Source of the DNA: Bdellovibrionota bacterium
Lineage (GTDB): Bacteria; Bdellovibrionota_C; UBA2361; OMIW01
Length of the DNA stretch: 64,000 bases
Direction: 5' to 3'
Assembly: GCA_044235645.1 (NCBI GenBank)
Contig: JBIIHQ010000006.1
Span: 85,952-149,951 of the forward strand
The first letter of the stretch is position 1, and every line of letters starts with the position of its first letter. The notes under the pieces were generated by a model, which ran no database searches, was not told the DNA's origin, and saw only the letters and a list, made by a program, of their open reading frames with translations. A program made the translations under genes and the position numbers. Below, in pieces: positions 9,477 through 20,889 of this stretch.

Positions 9477-10439
9477 ATGTCGCATTCCCTATCCTCAGTG
9501 CTTAACTCCGTTAATCTCCTGACGACTGAACTTCGTCGTTTTATCGTCGGTCAGGATCTCCTCATCGAGCGGTTGATTGTGGCGTTGCTCGCGCAAGGGC
9601 ACGTCCTCCTTGAGGGAGTTCCCGGACTTGCCAAAACGCGTACCTTATCGGTTCTTACAAGGTGCCTCTCGGTGCAGATGGGGCGGATTCAGTTCACTCC
9701 CGATCTCCTCCCCTCTGACCTTATCGGCACGGAGGTTTACCGACCCCAAACGGGTGAATTCGTCACCCGAAAGGGCCCTCTCTTCACGAATCTGCTCTTA
9801 GCAGATGAAATAAACCGAGCCCCGGCCAAGGTGCAATCAGCGCTTCTTCAAGCGATGCAGGAGCGATGCGTTACCATCGGTGAGGAGACCTACCCCCTCC
9901 CTTCTCCCTTCGTCGTCCTCGCAACCCAAAACCCGATCGAACAGGAGGGAACATATCGACTTCCCGAAGCCCAGCTCGATAGATTTTTGATGAAGATCAT
10001 CGTTTCGTATCCATCATTCGATGAGGAACTCGAGATCCTGCGGATGGTGACTGAAGAAGATGAGGGTGCTCCCCCAAACGCGGTGATCAGCCCCGAACAG
10101 CTCGCAGAGATGCAGCGTGGCGCCCGAGCAGTGCACTCCGATCCCCGCATCGATGCGTACATTGTGTCACTCGTCCACGCAACCCGCCGAGGAGATGCCC
10201 ACGGACTCGGAGGGATGATAGATTGGGGCGCATCTCCCCGAGCTGGTATCGCCCTTAAAAGCTGTGCAAAGAGTCTTGCTTATGTGAGAGGTCGGGCGTT
10301 TGTGACCCCTGATGATGTGATCGATCTCGCCCCTGATGTGCTTCGGCACCGTGTGCTTCCAAGTTTCGAGGCAGAAGCACAAGGAATATCGGCAGATGAT
10401 ATCGTTCGTCAGATCCTTCGGAGTGTGAGCACCCCGTGA
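9477..10439 (+). CDS. moxR: MoxR-family AAA+ ATPase
   Basis: [13 protein letters not shown] (Walker A), [42 protein letters not shown]. Confidence 0.95.
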   Translation: MSHSLSSVLNSVNLLTTELRRFIVGQDLLIERLIVALLAQGHVLLEGVPGLAKTRTLSVLTRCLSVQMGRIQFTPDLLPSDLIGTEVYRPQTGEFVTRKGPLFTNLLLADEINRAPAKVQSALLQAMQERCVTIGEETYPLPSPFVVLATQNPIEQEGTYRLPEAQLDRFLMKIIVSYPSFDEELEILRMVTEEDEGAPPNAVISPEQLAEMQRGARAVHSDPRIDAYIVSLVHATRRGDAHGLGGMIDWGASPRAGIALKSCAKSLAYVRGRAFVTPDDVIDLAPDVLRHRVLPSFEAEAQGISADDIVRQILRSVSTP

Positions 10440-10448
10440 CCGAACACC

Positions 10449-11399
10449 GTGCACGACGAGGTCGTCTTTGACATGAAAAAAACGATATTCCCTCACCCCG
10501 AGATAAAACGGCTTCAACTAAGGACAAAACATCTTGTTCGAAGTGGCCTTTCTGGAGGCTACCGGAGTGCTTTTCGGGGCTCAGGGTTGGTTTTTTCAGA
10601 GCTTCGTTCGTATCAACCGGGGGATGATGTCAAACGAATAGATTGGCAGGCGAGTGCTCGAAGCGGTAATACCCTCGTTAAATCGTACGAGGAGGATCGC
10701 CATCTCTCGATGATAGTCCTTCTCGACACAAGCCTCTCGACCGGAGTTCCGTTGAGTAGCATCGCGGGACAGCCTCGCAACCACCAAGATCAAGAAGGAA
10801 ACGCACGCGCGCAATTATTTGCGTCGCTCGTCGTATCGGTTGCGATGCAGCATGGCGATGAGGTGGGGTTATGTCTTTGTGGCGGTTCAGTGGAGGAGTA
10901 CCGCGCTCCCCAGAGGACCCGCTCTCACGGACAGGCCACTCTCGAACGTATCGCCACCTATCAAAACAAACCCGTTAGGCCCACCACATCTCGAGCAACA
11001 AGCGATCTGCGTCCTGGAATCGATGCCATTATGCAGCACCAGAGGAAGCGGGGAATCGTGTTCATTATATCAGATTTCTTTCTTCCTGACTGTGAACACC
11101 ATCTTCGACGCATCGCCCACCGCCACGACACCATCTGCGTACAACTGCGCCACCCGTTTGCTGCATCAATCCCCTCGGCCGGTATTGTGTCACTTATCGA
11201 TCCCGAATCGGGAACCCCGGTCCTTATTGATACCTCATCTCGGACAACCCGTCGCGCTGTACAGGAGACTATCGCTCGTCACGAGAAGGGGCTGGCCGAG
11301 GTGTGCCGGCGCTCTGGGATTGAGCTGATCACCATCGACCGCGATCCAGTGGCCCCTTTCGTTGAGCTACTCCGAACCCGTATGGCGAGGATTCGATGA
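10449..11399 (+). CDS. DUF58 (vWA-related) MoxR partner
   Basis: GGYRSAFRGSGLVFSELRSYQPGDDVKRIDW, VKSYEEDR, FIISDF; directly follows moxR. Confidence 0.9.
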   Translation: MHDEVVFDMKKTIFPHPEIKRLQLRTKHLVRSGLSGGYRSAFRGSGLVFSELRSYQPGDDVKRIDWQASARSGNTLVKSYEEDRHLSMIVLLDTSLSTGVPLSSIAGQPRNHQDQEGNARAQLFASLVVSVAMQHGDEVGLCLCGGSVEEYRAPQRTRSHGQATLERIATYQNKPVRPTTSRATSDLRPGIDAIMQHQRKRGIVFIISDFFLPDCEHHLRRIAHRHDTICVQLRHPFAASIPSAGIVSLIDPESGTPVLIDTSSRTTRRAVQETIARHEKGLAEVCRRSGIELITIDRDPVAPFVELLRTRMARIR

Positions 11400-11953
11400 C
11401 TCCAACCGCTGCGCCTCCCATCCCCACCCCATATGACATCACCGCGGTGCCGTACATTCCTTACGCCCCCAGTTGGCTCGCATGGGTCGCGCTTGTTGTT
11501 ACGGTAGCTTTGGGGGGCTGCCTTACCATCTGGATTACGCGTCGCCGGAGTCTCCCTTCGCTATCCCCATGCGATGCTGCTCTTCGGGAACTTTCCTCGA
11601 TTGAAAACAGGAGACCAGGTGCCGTGCTCTCACGGCAGGAGTGTATCGCTGTATCCCTGATTGCACGACGAGCGATCGACGCCTCTTATCACCTCGGTGT
11701 GCACTCGATGGGATCGACCCAGCTTCGTGAGCTAGCAAGCTCACATCCCCGTGAGACGATCCGAGATATCGCGACCATATTGGCGGATCTTGAATCCGCC
11801 AAGTTTTCCCTCGACGAGGAGAGCACCATACCGCGCACCCAGATCGGTGCGCTTCGGCTGTTGTTTGTTGCGCTCAGTCATCAGGCTATTCCTGAACAAC
11901 GCCCTGCGGTAGCGGATGTCGATCAACAGCACCAGCGGAGGCTGTCGCAATGA
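11396..11953 (+). CDS. Single-pass membrane protein of the Bat operon (DUF4381-like)
   Basis: N-terminal TM helix after PYDI..P; ATGA overlaps with both neighbours; typical position between DUF58 and batA. Confidence 0.7.
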   Translation: MTPTAAPPIPTPYDITAVPYIPYAPSWLAWVALVVTVALGGCLTIWITRRRSLPSLSPCDAALRELSSIENRRPGAVLSRQECIAVSLIARRAIDASYHLGVHSMGSTQLRELASSHPRETIRDIATILADLESAKFSLDEESTIPRTQIGALRLLFVALSHQAIPEQRPAVADVDQQHQRRLSQ

Positions 11954-12903
11954 CATTGGATAATCCATGGGCATTGATCATCGCCCCCCTCGTCGCGACC
12001 CTCGCCCTGGTACGGCGTAGGACTCCGCACCACATCCTCACCCCGTTCTCGTCTCTTCTCCAATCGGTACCCCCAAGCCTTCGGCTTCGATGCCGGGCTC
12101 CAATTCTTGCGGGAGGATGTGGGTTCATCATCCTTCTGCTCTCGCTGGCGGCCGCCCGCCCCTTTGCCGTCATTGATCAGATAGAACCTCGTGAAACGCG
12201 CACCATTATCCTTGCGATCGATATCTCTCGCAGTATGGAGGCGATTGATTTTGAATCGCCGATCGGGATTATCAGCCGTTTTGCAGGGGTAACGCAGGTC
12301 GTATCGTCATTCCTCGAGCGTCGACACACCGACCGGATTGGCCTCGTTGTATTTGGTGCATCGGCATTCGTGCAATCCCCGGTTACCCACGACCACGGAT
12401 TGATCGCACAACTCGTCAAGGGTCTCAGGGTCGGAATTGCAGGAGATGGTACGGCTCTCGGGGATGGGTTAGGGGTCAGTGTGAAGCGTGCAGTCGAGGT
12501 TCCCGCCCGTTCTCGCGCAGTGGTTCTTCTGACCGATGGAGTGAATACCGCTGGCTCTGTCTCCCCCCAGAAAGCCGCAGAGGTCGCGCGTGATCTTGAG
12601 GTAACGGTTCACACCATCGGAATAGGGGGCACTCGCGGCTTGCAGGGCATTCAGGGGGCCGAATTTGATGAAGGCCTGTTGCGGAGAGTCGCTGAAACAA
12701 CCGGGGGAACCTATTCGAACGCATCATCGGTGGAGCAGCTCGAGGCGGTCTATGACCGTATCGAGGCGCTTGAGTTATCGCGTGGTGAGGGCCAACGAGA
12801 ATTACTGGTCGATGAATACTATCCCCTCTGTATCACGGTGGCCCTCGTTCTGTATGTCGGGATCCTGGTGTCAGCACGGACAATATTTTTAAAAATCCCC
12901 TAA
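11950..12903 (+). CDS. batA: BatA-like membrane vWA protein
   Basis: N-terminal NPWAL, AARP, MIDAS DISRSM..GTALGDG..LTDG, C-terminal TM helix. Confidence 0.88.
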   Translation: MTLDNPWALIIAPLVATLALVRRRTPHHILTPFSSLLQSVPPSLRLRCRAPILAGGCGFIILLLSLAAARPFAVIDQIEPRETRTIILAIDISRSMEAIDFESPIGIISRFAGVTQVVSSFLERRHTDRIGLVVFGASAFVQSPVTHDHGLIAQLVKGLRVGIAGDGTALGDGLGVSVKRAVEVPARSRAVVLLTDGVNTAGSVSPQKAAEVARDLEVTVHTIGIGGTRGLQGIQGAEFDEGLLRRVAETTGGTYSNASSVEQLEAVYDRIEALELSRGEGQRELLVDEYYPLCITVALVLYVGILVSARTIFLKIP

Positions 12904-12928
12904 AGGTCCAGCGAGGGTTATAAAAGCT

Positions 12929-14926
12929 ATGGAATGGGGATTTCGACACGCTGTAGTACTTACTCTGGTCCCCCTCATCGGCATCGTCAGTGGTGCATTG
13001 TTGTATAGACTCGAGCAAAATCGCGATGCACGACTTGCCTCTGTGGGCGCTTTACCGAGGGGTACCTCATGGCGGAGGATTATCGCTCCACCTGTCCTCA
13101 TGGCACTCCTGCTCATCATCATCGCTCGTCCGTATCGTGGCTTTCGGGATATATCCGTCTCGGAGCGGGAACACGATCTTATGATTGTTCTCGATGTGAG
13201 CCTCAGCATGGAGGCAGCCGATGCCCTTCCCTCGCGGCTTGGGGCGGCAAAGAGAAAAGCGATCGACATCATCGATTGGGTATCCCGTCACCGAGCAGGT
13301 ACCAGGATCGGATTGACTCTCTTCGCCGGATCCGCTCACCTCTACTGTCCCCTCACCGCGGATTACGGAGTGATAAGACAGTTCGTGCAGTCGGTTCAGT
13401 CAAGTTTTATCTCGAGTGGTGGGAGTGGTTTAGAAGCTGCCCTCAGAGAGGCCGCGAGGGCGCTTACCCCCTCTCTTGCTGAGACTGGTAAGTCTGCCAC
13501 CAACAGTCCGGTCGGCACCCTCATACTTCTCTCTGACGGGGAGGACCTCTCTCTCACCCATCGCTCGCTCGAGTCATTAGAAGCGGGAGAGCTCTCGATT
13601 CAAGCACTCGGCTTTGGAACCCCCGAGGGAGCTCCGATCATAACCGCGAGAGGTCATCACCTTCGGGATGATGCGGGCAATACGGTGATCACGACCCTCA
13701 AACTTGATACCCTCTCCCAAATCGCGAGACTACGGGGAGGAAATGCCGCTCGCGCTGTCGCCACCGATGACGATTTTGCACCATTTCTCGAGGCGAAAAT
13801 TCCTGACGTGATCCGGGACGATCGGGGTAGTTCGAGTGCTCGCACTGTTCGGGTGTATGACGAAGTAGGTCCGCTCCTCGCTTTAGCGATACTCGCGGGA
13901 CTCTCGGTTATTGTCATGACCGGACACCACCGATCCTGGTTACTCGTTGTGTGGGGGTGCTTTCTTGTCCCATGTTCGGCGTTATCCGCACGCGCCGATT
14001 CCCCTTCCCCCTCGACACCAACCACTGCTCGTGAGGCCTACCTCGCATATGAACGGGGTGAATATGCGGCTGCCTACGAGGGATTTAGGGGAGCTCGAGA
14101 GAACGACCCGACGGATAGCGATATCCTCCATGGGCAGGCGAGTGCCGCGTTCCGGTTACAACGGCACGATGAAGCGGCTCAGCTATTCGATGAGCTCGCC
14201 TCGATGACTCCCCGAGCTTCGCAGCGTTTTGAGGCGCACTTTAATCGAGGGAATGCTGAGCTCGCGGCCAAGAAATTTTCGAAAGCAATCGAGAGCTACG
14301 ACAGGGCACTCGCTCTTCGAAAGGACGACATCCCAACAACGGCAAATCGCGCGCTCGCCGAGCAGCTCCTTGAGGATGAAAAACAGCAGGAGAGGCAGAA
14401 GCAGCGGGACCAGAACACTCGAAGTCAAGCAGAGGAGAAGAACCAGAGGCAATCATCAGAGAATCAGCAGCGGGAGAGTGGCTCAAATGGGGAGAGCTCG
14501 CCCACCGATCGCTCTGCTCATGAACCAAGCGATTCCGATCCTGGAAGCTCAGAGACACCAGCGAACGCCCCAAAGACAGGCGATGACGAACACCGAACGG
14601 GTGATAATACCGGTCGCGAACAACCAGAACGGACAGCCCCACCTTCTTCGGGGGTGGCCAACGATCCTGCCGAGGGAAACGATTCCACGAGCGGACATTC
14701 AACCCCGATACCGTCCCCCGCCCAATCAACCACCCAACAGACGGACACAAACAATAAGACCACCCGCACCTCGGCGGGCTCGTCAGTGAAGGGCGGCACC
14801 GAAGCCCACGATCACCTCCCCGCCGCCCAAGCCCGCGATTGGCTCAATTCCCTCCCCGAAGCACCAGTCCTCCTCCGACGCTACTACGACCCCTTATCAG
14901 AACAGCGGACCGGACAGTCGTGGTAA
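12929..14926 (+). CDS. BatB-BatC fusion (vWA + TPR + Q/S-rich tail)
   Basis: IARP, DVSLSM..PSRL, CPLTADY, LSDGED, then TPRs (AHFNRGNA..AIESYDRAL) and a low-complexity tail ending QSW. Confidence 0.85.
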   Translation: MEWGFRHAVVLTLVPLIGIVSGALLYRLEQNRDARLASVGALPRGTSWRRIIAPPVLMALLLIIIARPYRGFRDISVSEREHDLMIVLDVSLSMEAADALPSRLGAAKRKAIDIIDWVSRHRAGTRIGLTLFAGSAHLYCPLTADYGVIRQFVQSVQSSFISSGGSGLEAALREAARALTPSLAETGKSATNSPVGTLILLSDGEDLSLTHRSLESLEAGELSIQALGFGTPEGAPIITARGHHLRDDAGNTVITTLKLDTLSQIARLRGGNAARAVATDDDFAPFLEAKIPDVIRDDRGSSSARTVRVYDEVGPLLALAILAGLSVIVMTGHHRSWLLVVWGCFLVPCSALSARADSPSPSTPTTAREAYLAYERGEYAAAYEGFRGARENDPTDSDILHGQASAAFRLQRHDEAAQLFDELASMTPRASQRFEAHFNRGNAELAAKKFSKAIESYDRALALRKDDIPTTANRALAEQLLEDEKQQERQKQRDQNTRSQAEEKNQRQSSENQQRESGSNGESSPTDRSAHEPSDSDPGSSETPANAPKTGDDEHRTGDNTGREQPERTAPPSSGVANDPAEGNDSTSGHSTPIPSPAQSTTQQTDTNNKTTRTSAGSSVKGGTEAHDHLPAAQARDWLNSLPEAPVLLRRYYDPLSEQRTGQSW

Positions 14927-15091
14927 CTAAGCCCCCGCTGGTGGGTGGTATGAGAGACCTCCGAGAGCAACATCCCTCCCCTTAGCATCCTCCCTCGAGA
15001 AATCCCCTCACCGCCCGAGCCCGTATTCCCCGAACAGTCCTCTCCGCGTACAATCCCAGAACGCGGTGAACCTTCTGGATCTTCTTTTGCC

Positions 15092-16960
15092 ATGGCAGCG
15101 GACCTCCCGACCTCCTTGCTCCCCGGTCATTCTCGACCCGTCTTTCCCCGTGGCGTCGGTCGGTATCTTGTCCTGATCCTCGCCATCCTGTTTGCTCCTC
15201 TTGTCAGTGCGGAATCACTGACGACGCAGGTTTCCCCTCGAGCGGGGACCATCGATGACACCTTTACCCTCACGATTACGGTTCGTGGCAGAGGAGAGCC
15301 GACGATTTCCTCAACTCCAGATTCGCCCGATTTTGCGATTCGGTTTATCGGCCCACAAACTGCCATCCAGATTATCAACGGAGTCTTCCAGCAAGAGACC
15401 TCTTTGCTGTTCGAAATCACCCCACGGCGGGTGGGAACCTTGACCGTGCCATCTCTGGAAATATCGATCGAAGGGTCTCGTCAGAAGAGCGAACCCCTCA
15501 CCGTCACCGTCACCGCTGCTGACCCCTCGACGAAGAGTGACGATACAATCATCCTTGAGCAATCAATCTCTTCACGCACGCCTTTTCGGGGTGAACAGGT
15601 CCAATACCAGCTCACCTTTTTGACACAACTTCCGATAGCTGAGCTCGCCATTCCCGACCTCACGTTCGATCAATTCTGGTCGATTCAACCAAACGAAAAT
15701 ACCGCCGAATCAACGGTCCGTCGCGGGGGGAAAAGCTATCGTTCTGTCGCGGTTCGTCGAATCCTATTTCCCCTCACCTCGGGGGAGATTACCCTTCCTG
15801 AGCTCACGATTAATCCCAAAGTTTTTGAGAGGGGTTCGCGGGCTCCTTTCCCTCCGGGAGCGATTGATCCATTTGATATCTTCGCAAACTCTCGCCACCT
15901 TTTTGGCGCTCCCCAACGAACGCGACGACGCACCGTCAGTGCGCAGCCTCTCCCCCTTTCGGTAGCCCCTCTCCCCCCCGCTCCAGCCGATATTCCCCTC
16001 TGGGACTCCAACCAGCCCCTTGTCGGACCGACCAGTATCACGGCAACGTACGACGACATACCGATCGACAGTGGACAGGGAAAAACGATTACCCTCACCC
16101 TCACGAGCGAGGGAAATATCTCCTCGTGGAAGCGTCCACTCATTCAATCGAACTCGTCCTTCCGCGTGTACGAAGAAGCGGGTCAGACGGCGACCGTTCT
16201 TCACGGAGACAAACTTGTCACTCAGAGAACGATTCCTCTTACTATCGTACCCCTTTCCGGAGGAATCGTTACCATTCCTCCGGTCTCGATATCGTTCTTT
16301 GATCCTGCAACCACGAGTTATCAGGTTACCACCTCTCAACCGATTACTTTTGAAGTTCACGGGAGGAGAGAGCTGCCAACTCCTCCGCCATCATCCACGA
16401 GCCAACCAACACCGCAACCCTCCCTGGCACATGAGACCCTACAACCAACCTCAGTTCCCGTACCAACCGAGGCTCCTGCAGACCGTTATTCCCCTCCCTC
16501 CTCATCTATCTCGGATCTTTTCCGTCATCTGGGGTTACCCCTCGCTCTCTTTCTTGCGACGGCATCGCTCTGCGGGATAGCCCTCCTTCTATTCACAACC
16601 ATCCGAATTCGACGCAATCGTCCCCGTTCCGTCGCAGCAACCAAGGCGGAGATCGCGTCATGCCAAACCATTAACGAACTCTCCTTCACATTCGGACGGA
16701 TCCTCACCGCTCTCGTGCAAAACGGAATGGCCCCTCCGAGTGGTGAGAGCCTCAAAGCCCTTGTACGAACAACAATTCATGACCCTGGTCTTCAATTTGA
16801 CCTACTGACGCTCATCGACGATATCAATACCGCTCGCTTCTCCCGCGCAGAGCCACACGAGAGAGAGATTGTACTTATGCGGGATCGTGCGCTTGCATTG
16901 GTGGAGCGAGTTTCTCGGTTCTCTGTTCGTGAGGACGACGACCAAAACGGCTATCTATAA
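15092..16960 (+). CDS. batD: BatD-like protein
   Basis: Signal peptide, beta-rich repeats (QIINGVFQQ, GTLTVPS, GEITLP, EGNI, IPPVSISFFDP) and a C-terminal TM helix; last gene of the Bat operon. Confidence 0.85.
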   Translation: MAADLPTSLLPGHSRPVFPRGVGRYLVLILAILFAPLVSAESLTTQVSPRAGTIDDTFTLTITVRGRGEPTISSTPDSPDFAIRFIGPQTAIQIINGVFQQETSLLFEITPRRVGTLTVPSLEISIEGSRQKSEPLTVTVTAADPSTKSDDTIILEQSISSRTPFRGEQVQYQLTFLTQLPIAELAIPDLTFDQFWSIQPNENTAESTVRRGGKSYRSVAVRRILFPLTSGEITLPELTINPKVFERGSRAPFPPGAIDPFDIFANSRHLFGAPQRTRRRTVSAQPLPLSVAPLPPAPADIPLWDSNQPLVGPTSITATYDDIPIDSGQGKTITLTLTSEGNISSWKRPLIQSNSSFRVYEEAGQTATVLHGDKLVTQRTIPLTIVPLSGGIVTIPPVSISFFDPATTSYQVTTSQPITFEVHGRRELPTPPPSSTSQPTPQPSLAHETLQPTSVPVPTEAPADRYSPPSSSISDLFRHLGLPLALFLATASLCGIALLLFTTIRIRRNRPRSVAATKAEIASCQTINELSFTFGRILTALVQNGMAPPSGESLKALVRTTIHDPGLQFDLLTLIDDINTARFSRAEPHEREIVLMRDRALALVERVSRFSVREDDDQNGYL

Positions 16961-17206
16961 TTTACCGATTGACGATCTCGGTCACCGAACCTAATACTCA
17001 CTAAACATGAGCAGGCGAAGACAGCATAGAAGACGCGCCGTTGAAGTGAGTCGCCTGGTAGTTGGCAGTCCCTCTTCGTAATCCGTACAAATCGATTTTT
17101 CCTCTTATTCTATCTCACAGACATCTTCTGCCACGCACTCTCACAACCTCTCGCAGTAACGGAGGTCCGGTGCCCACAGACTCCGAACTATTCCGAGAGC
17201 GTCATC

Positions 17207-17524
17207 ATGATATCCCAAAACAATCGAGATACATTTCTTGATATCCTCCAAAAAATATCGCTCGGGCGGGAGGTTTCACTAGGGGAGATGAAATTCGTCC
17301 AAAAAATAGCTGGACAGTCGACCGAGATGAAAAACTTACTCACTCGGGCCCGTCGTCAAGCGATCCAAGGTAAGGGGGAGAAGGGCTCTCTCGACGAATT
17401 CCTCGACCAGCTCAATTTCGGAGAACCAGACCCAAGCACTCACATCACCCGAGAAAGCTCAATCGATGATCTCGCAAACTTTTTCATGCGAGGCGCACCA
17501 GAGGACTGGAGACAAACTGACTAA
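17207..17524 (+). CDS. Small conserved hypothetical protein resembling a cyanophage/picocyanobacterial family
   Basis: 105-aa ORF with ARRQ, GSLDEF, GEPDPSTH and terminal PEDWRQTD. Family resemblance is from memory only. Confidence 0.7.
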   Translation: MISQNNRDTFLDILQKISLGREVSLGEMKFVQKIAGQSTEMKNLLTRARRQAIQGKGEKGSLDEFLDQLNFGEPDPSTHITRESSIDDLANFFMRGAPEDWRQTD

Positions 17525-17616
17525 AGCGATCATCTTAATTGGGATGCATTTCGATGAAATGTAACGAGGTGATTTTTTGGTCTGCTGCATCCGGCGGAGC
17601 CGTATCAGCACCCCCG

Positions 17617-20600
17617 TTATCCTAATCGCGCATGGTACTCCTGCAAGCTTACCACTGTCCGCTCGTGCGGTACCCGAAGGAGCGCTATCGCTTCTGCCGC
17701 TGCCGCGACCGCTGCAACCGTGGTAAATATCGGTATCCGAAGTTCATTTGCAACGAGTCGAATTGAGCGAGAATCTAGGAAGGTCCCGTGTCCTTCTGGC
17801 GTATTAATGACAAGCGATATCTTTCCCGAGCCGAGAAGATCAATCACGTGAGGCGAACCCTCACGAACCTTCTGGATAGTTGAGACGGCAACTCCATGCG
17901 ATGTCAAAAAGGCGGCAGTGCCCGCGGTCGCGTAAAGCGAGAAACCGAGCTCAGAGAGCCGACGTGCTACCGCTACCACCTCTTCCTTATCCCCATCATT
18001 CACACTGACAAAAGCACCCCCCGAGAGCGGAAGCTGCACACCTCCAGCAAGCTCCGCACGGGCGTACCCCCCCGCAAAGCTTGTATCAATACCCATGACC
18101 TCCCCAGTCGAACGCATCTCTGGCCCCAGCAGCGGATCAAAACCTCGAAACTTCGAGAAGGGAAATACGCATGCCTTAATGGAATAATAGGGAGGATTTT
18201 TTGGTCCACTCCCCAAAAGAGCATCGATTCCCAGCTCTTCAAAGCTTCTCCCCGCCATGACGCGCGCCGCTACCTTCGCCCACGGTATCCCCGATGCTTT
18301 ACTCACAAACGGCACCGTGCGTGACGCCCGGGGATTTGCTTCGATGAGGTAGATCTCCTTTCCTCCCTGAACCGCAAACTGAACATTCAGAAGCCCGCGC
18401 ACCTCAAGCGATTCCGCAAGCAGGCACGCCTGTCGTTTGAGTTCGGCAACAACCGGATCAGAGAGAGTATGCGGCGGCATGCAACATGAAGAATCACCCG
18501 AGTGCACCCCCGCCCGCTCAACATGCTCCATCACCCCCGCCACCAGAGAGGTAGTACCATCTCGGATCGCATCAACATCAACTTCTATGGCGTTGGTCAG
18601 GTACCGGTCGAGGAGCACTGGACGATCGTGGGATACCGAAACGCTCTCCTGCATATACGATCGAAGCTCCCCCTCGGTCGTTACAACCCGCATCGCTCGG
18701 CCCCCCAACACAAAGGAAGGGCGGATCATCAGGGGAAAGCCAATCGCACGTGCTGCGGCAACTGCCTCATCAACCGAGCGGGCGAGTGCTCCCTCCGGCT
18801 GTCGCAATCCGAGCTTTCTTACCAACGCAGAAAACCTCTCCCGATCTTCTGCGATATCTATCGCCTCGACTGAAGTACCGATAATCGGCACACCAGCAGC
18901 CGCGAGTTCAGCGGCCAATTTCAATGGTGTCTGCCCTCCAAACTGGATAATCACTCCGTGGGGGCGTTCCCGTTCTACTATTGCGAGCACCGATTCAAGC
19001 GTCAACGGCTCGAAGTAGAGCCGATCGCTGATATCATAATCGGTCGATACGGTCTCTGGATTACAGTTGACCATAATCGCTTCGTATCCATCATCCCGCA
19101 ACGCCTGAACAGCGTGAACACAACAGTAGTCGAATTCAATCCCCTGCCCGATTCGATTTGGACCAGAGCCAAGAATCATAATTTTTCGGCGATCGGTCGG
19201 AGGGGCATCGTTGTGGTCGTCGTAGTTTGCGTAGAGGTATGGAGTGAATGCCTCAAACTCAGCGGCACAAGTATCAACGGATTTGAACGAAGGGAGCACC
19301 CCGATTGTCTGACGTCGTTCGCGCACCTCTGCCTCGTGACACCCGAGGAGCGCGCCCAGCCGCGCATCCGAGAATCCCCGTTGCTTGAGGGATCGCAACT
19401 CATCACCCTCGATGGAGGAGAGCGAACGCCCTCGGAGCCCCTCCTCCTCCTCAATAATCGATTGGATCGTGCTCAGGAACCACGGGTCGATTCCCGTCGT
19501 TTTGTTCAGCGCAGCGACCGAATTCCCCGCTCGTAGCGCCTCTCCGAGATACCAAAGACGTTCGGCGCGGGGCAATCGACACTCCTCAAGCACCTCATCG
19601 CGTCCCAAATCACGTGCCCATTTTTCCCGATCAAAACCAGCACTTCCCAGCTCCATCGAACAGATCGCCTTCTGCAACCCCTCAGAAAATGTTCGTCCAA
19701 ACGATAGAACCTCGCCCACTGATTTCATCTGTGTCCCGAGGGTCGTTTCAGCAAGAGGGAACTTTTCGAAGTTAAATCGGGGTATTTTGACGACGACGTA
19801 ATCGATCGATGGTTCAAAACAGGCCGGTGTTTCTTTAGTAATGTCGTTGGTGATTTCATCCAGAGTATACCCCACCGCGAGCTTGGCCGCGATCTTCGCT
19901 ATCGGAAAACCCGTTGCTTTTGAGGCAAGCGCCGAACTTCGAGATACCCTCGGATTCATCTCGATGACGATAATATCGCCCGTATTCGGATTGAGAGCGA
20001 ACTGCACATTCGATCCGCCAGTTTCTACACCAATCCTTCGGATGATCGCGATTGCCGCGTTTCTGAGAAGCTGGTACTCCTTATCAGTTAAGGTCTGTAT
20101 GGGAGCCACAGTAATGGAATCGCCGGTGTGTACCCCCATTGGATCGAAGTTTTCGATCGCGCACACGATCACTACGTTATCCTTGAGGTCCCGCATTACC
20201 TCAAGCTCTATCTCTTTCCAACCGATCAGCGATTGCTCGATCAGAACCTCTCGATTTGGACTAGCGGAGAGAGCCTGCGAGACCTTCTGGATGAGCTCCT
20301 GCGGATGCTCAACGATTCCCCCACCAGTACCACCAAGAGTCCGGGAGGGGCGAAGGATGAGCGGATACCCGATCTTTTCAGCGATTACCTCGGCGTCTCG
20401 CACGGATCGGGCAACTCCCGATCGCGCTGACGCAAGGCCAATCTCCTCCATGGCCTGCCGAAACAGCTCGCGATCCTCAGCCGTCTTGATCGCATCGACA
20501 GTTGCGCCGATGAGGGCACACCCATACCGCTCGAACACACCCCGTTCATCAAGCTCGAGTGCAACATTCAGCGCCGTTTGTCCTCCCATCGTCGGCAACA

Positions 20601-20856
20601 CCGCATCTGGTCGCTCTTTCGCGATAATGCTCTCGACATAATCGGCGGTGATCGGCTCGATGTAGGTCACATCTGCAAATTCGGGGTCGGTCATGATCGT
20701 CGCAGGGTTTGAGTTGACGAGAATGACCCGAAATCCCTCCTCCTTGAGGGCCTTAATTGCCTGTGTGCCGGAATAGTCGAATTCACACGCCTGACCGATG
20801 ACGATCGGGCCTGATCCGATAAGGAGTATCGACGAAATATCACTTCTTTTTGGCAT
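17617..20856 (-). CDS. carB: Carbamoyl-phosphate synthase large subunit
   Basis: [25 protein letters not shown], duplicated ATP-grasp domains, MGS domain; 1079 aa. Confidence 0.99.
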   Translation of the reverse strand: MPKRSDISSILLIGSGPIVIGQACEFDYSGTQAIKALKEEGFRVILVNSNPATIMTDPEFADVTYIEPITADYVESIIAKERPDAVLPTMGGQTALNVALELDERGVFERYGCALIGATVDAIKTAEDRELFRQAMEEIGLASARSGVARSVRDAEVIAEKIGYPLILRPSRTLGGTGGGIVEHPQELIQKVSQALSASPNREVLIEQSLIGWKEIELEVMRDLKDNVVIVCAIENFDPMGVHTGDSITVAPIQTLTDKEYQLLRNAAIAIIRRIGVETGGSNVQFALNPNTGDIIVIEMNPRVSRSSALASKATGFPIAKIAAKLAVGYTLDEITNDITKETPACFEPSIDYVVVKIPRFNFEKFPLAETTLGTQMKSVGEVLSFGRTFSEGLQKAICSMELGSAGFDREKWARDLGRDEVLEECRLPRAERLWYLGEALRAGNSVAALNKTTGIDPWFLSTIQSIIEEEEGLRGRSLSSIEGDELRSLKQRGFSDARLGALLGCHEAEVRERRQTIGVLPSFKSVDTCAAEFEAFTPYLYANYDDHNDAPPTDRRKIMILGSGPNRIGQGIEFDYCCVHAVQALRDDGYEAIMVNCNPETVSTDYDISDRLYFEPLTLESVLAIVERERPHGVIIQFGGQTPLKLAAELAAAGVPIIGTSVEAIDIAEDRERFSALVRKLGLRQPEGALARSVDEAVAAARAIGFPLMIRPSFVLGGRAMRVVTTEGELRSYMQESVSVSHDRPVLLDRYLTNAIEVDVDAIRDGTTSLVAGVMEHVERAGVHSGDSSCCMPPHTLSDPVVAELKRQACLLAESLEVRGLLNVQFAVQGGKEIYLIEANPRASRTVPFVSKASGIPWAKVAARVMAGRSFEELGIDALLGSGPKNPPYYSIKACVFPFSKFRGFDPLLGPEMRSTGEVMGIDTSFAGGYARAELAGGVQLPLSGGAFVSVNDGDKEEVVAVARRLSELGFSLYATAGTAAFLTSHGVAVSTIQKVREGSPHVIDLLGSGKISLVINTPEGHGTFLDSRSIRLVANELRIPIFTTVAAVAAAAEAIALLRVPHERTVVSLQEYHARLG

Positions 20857-20889
20857 AGCCGTTCCTTCGCTCCGATTCTTTATTCCAGC

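Noticed and set aside
17007-17081. 24-aa Arg-rich ORF (MSRRRQHRRRAVEV...) after a TTGACG hexamer
   Set aside because: Too short, no RBS and a poor -10 element; indistinguishable from chance.
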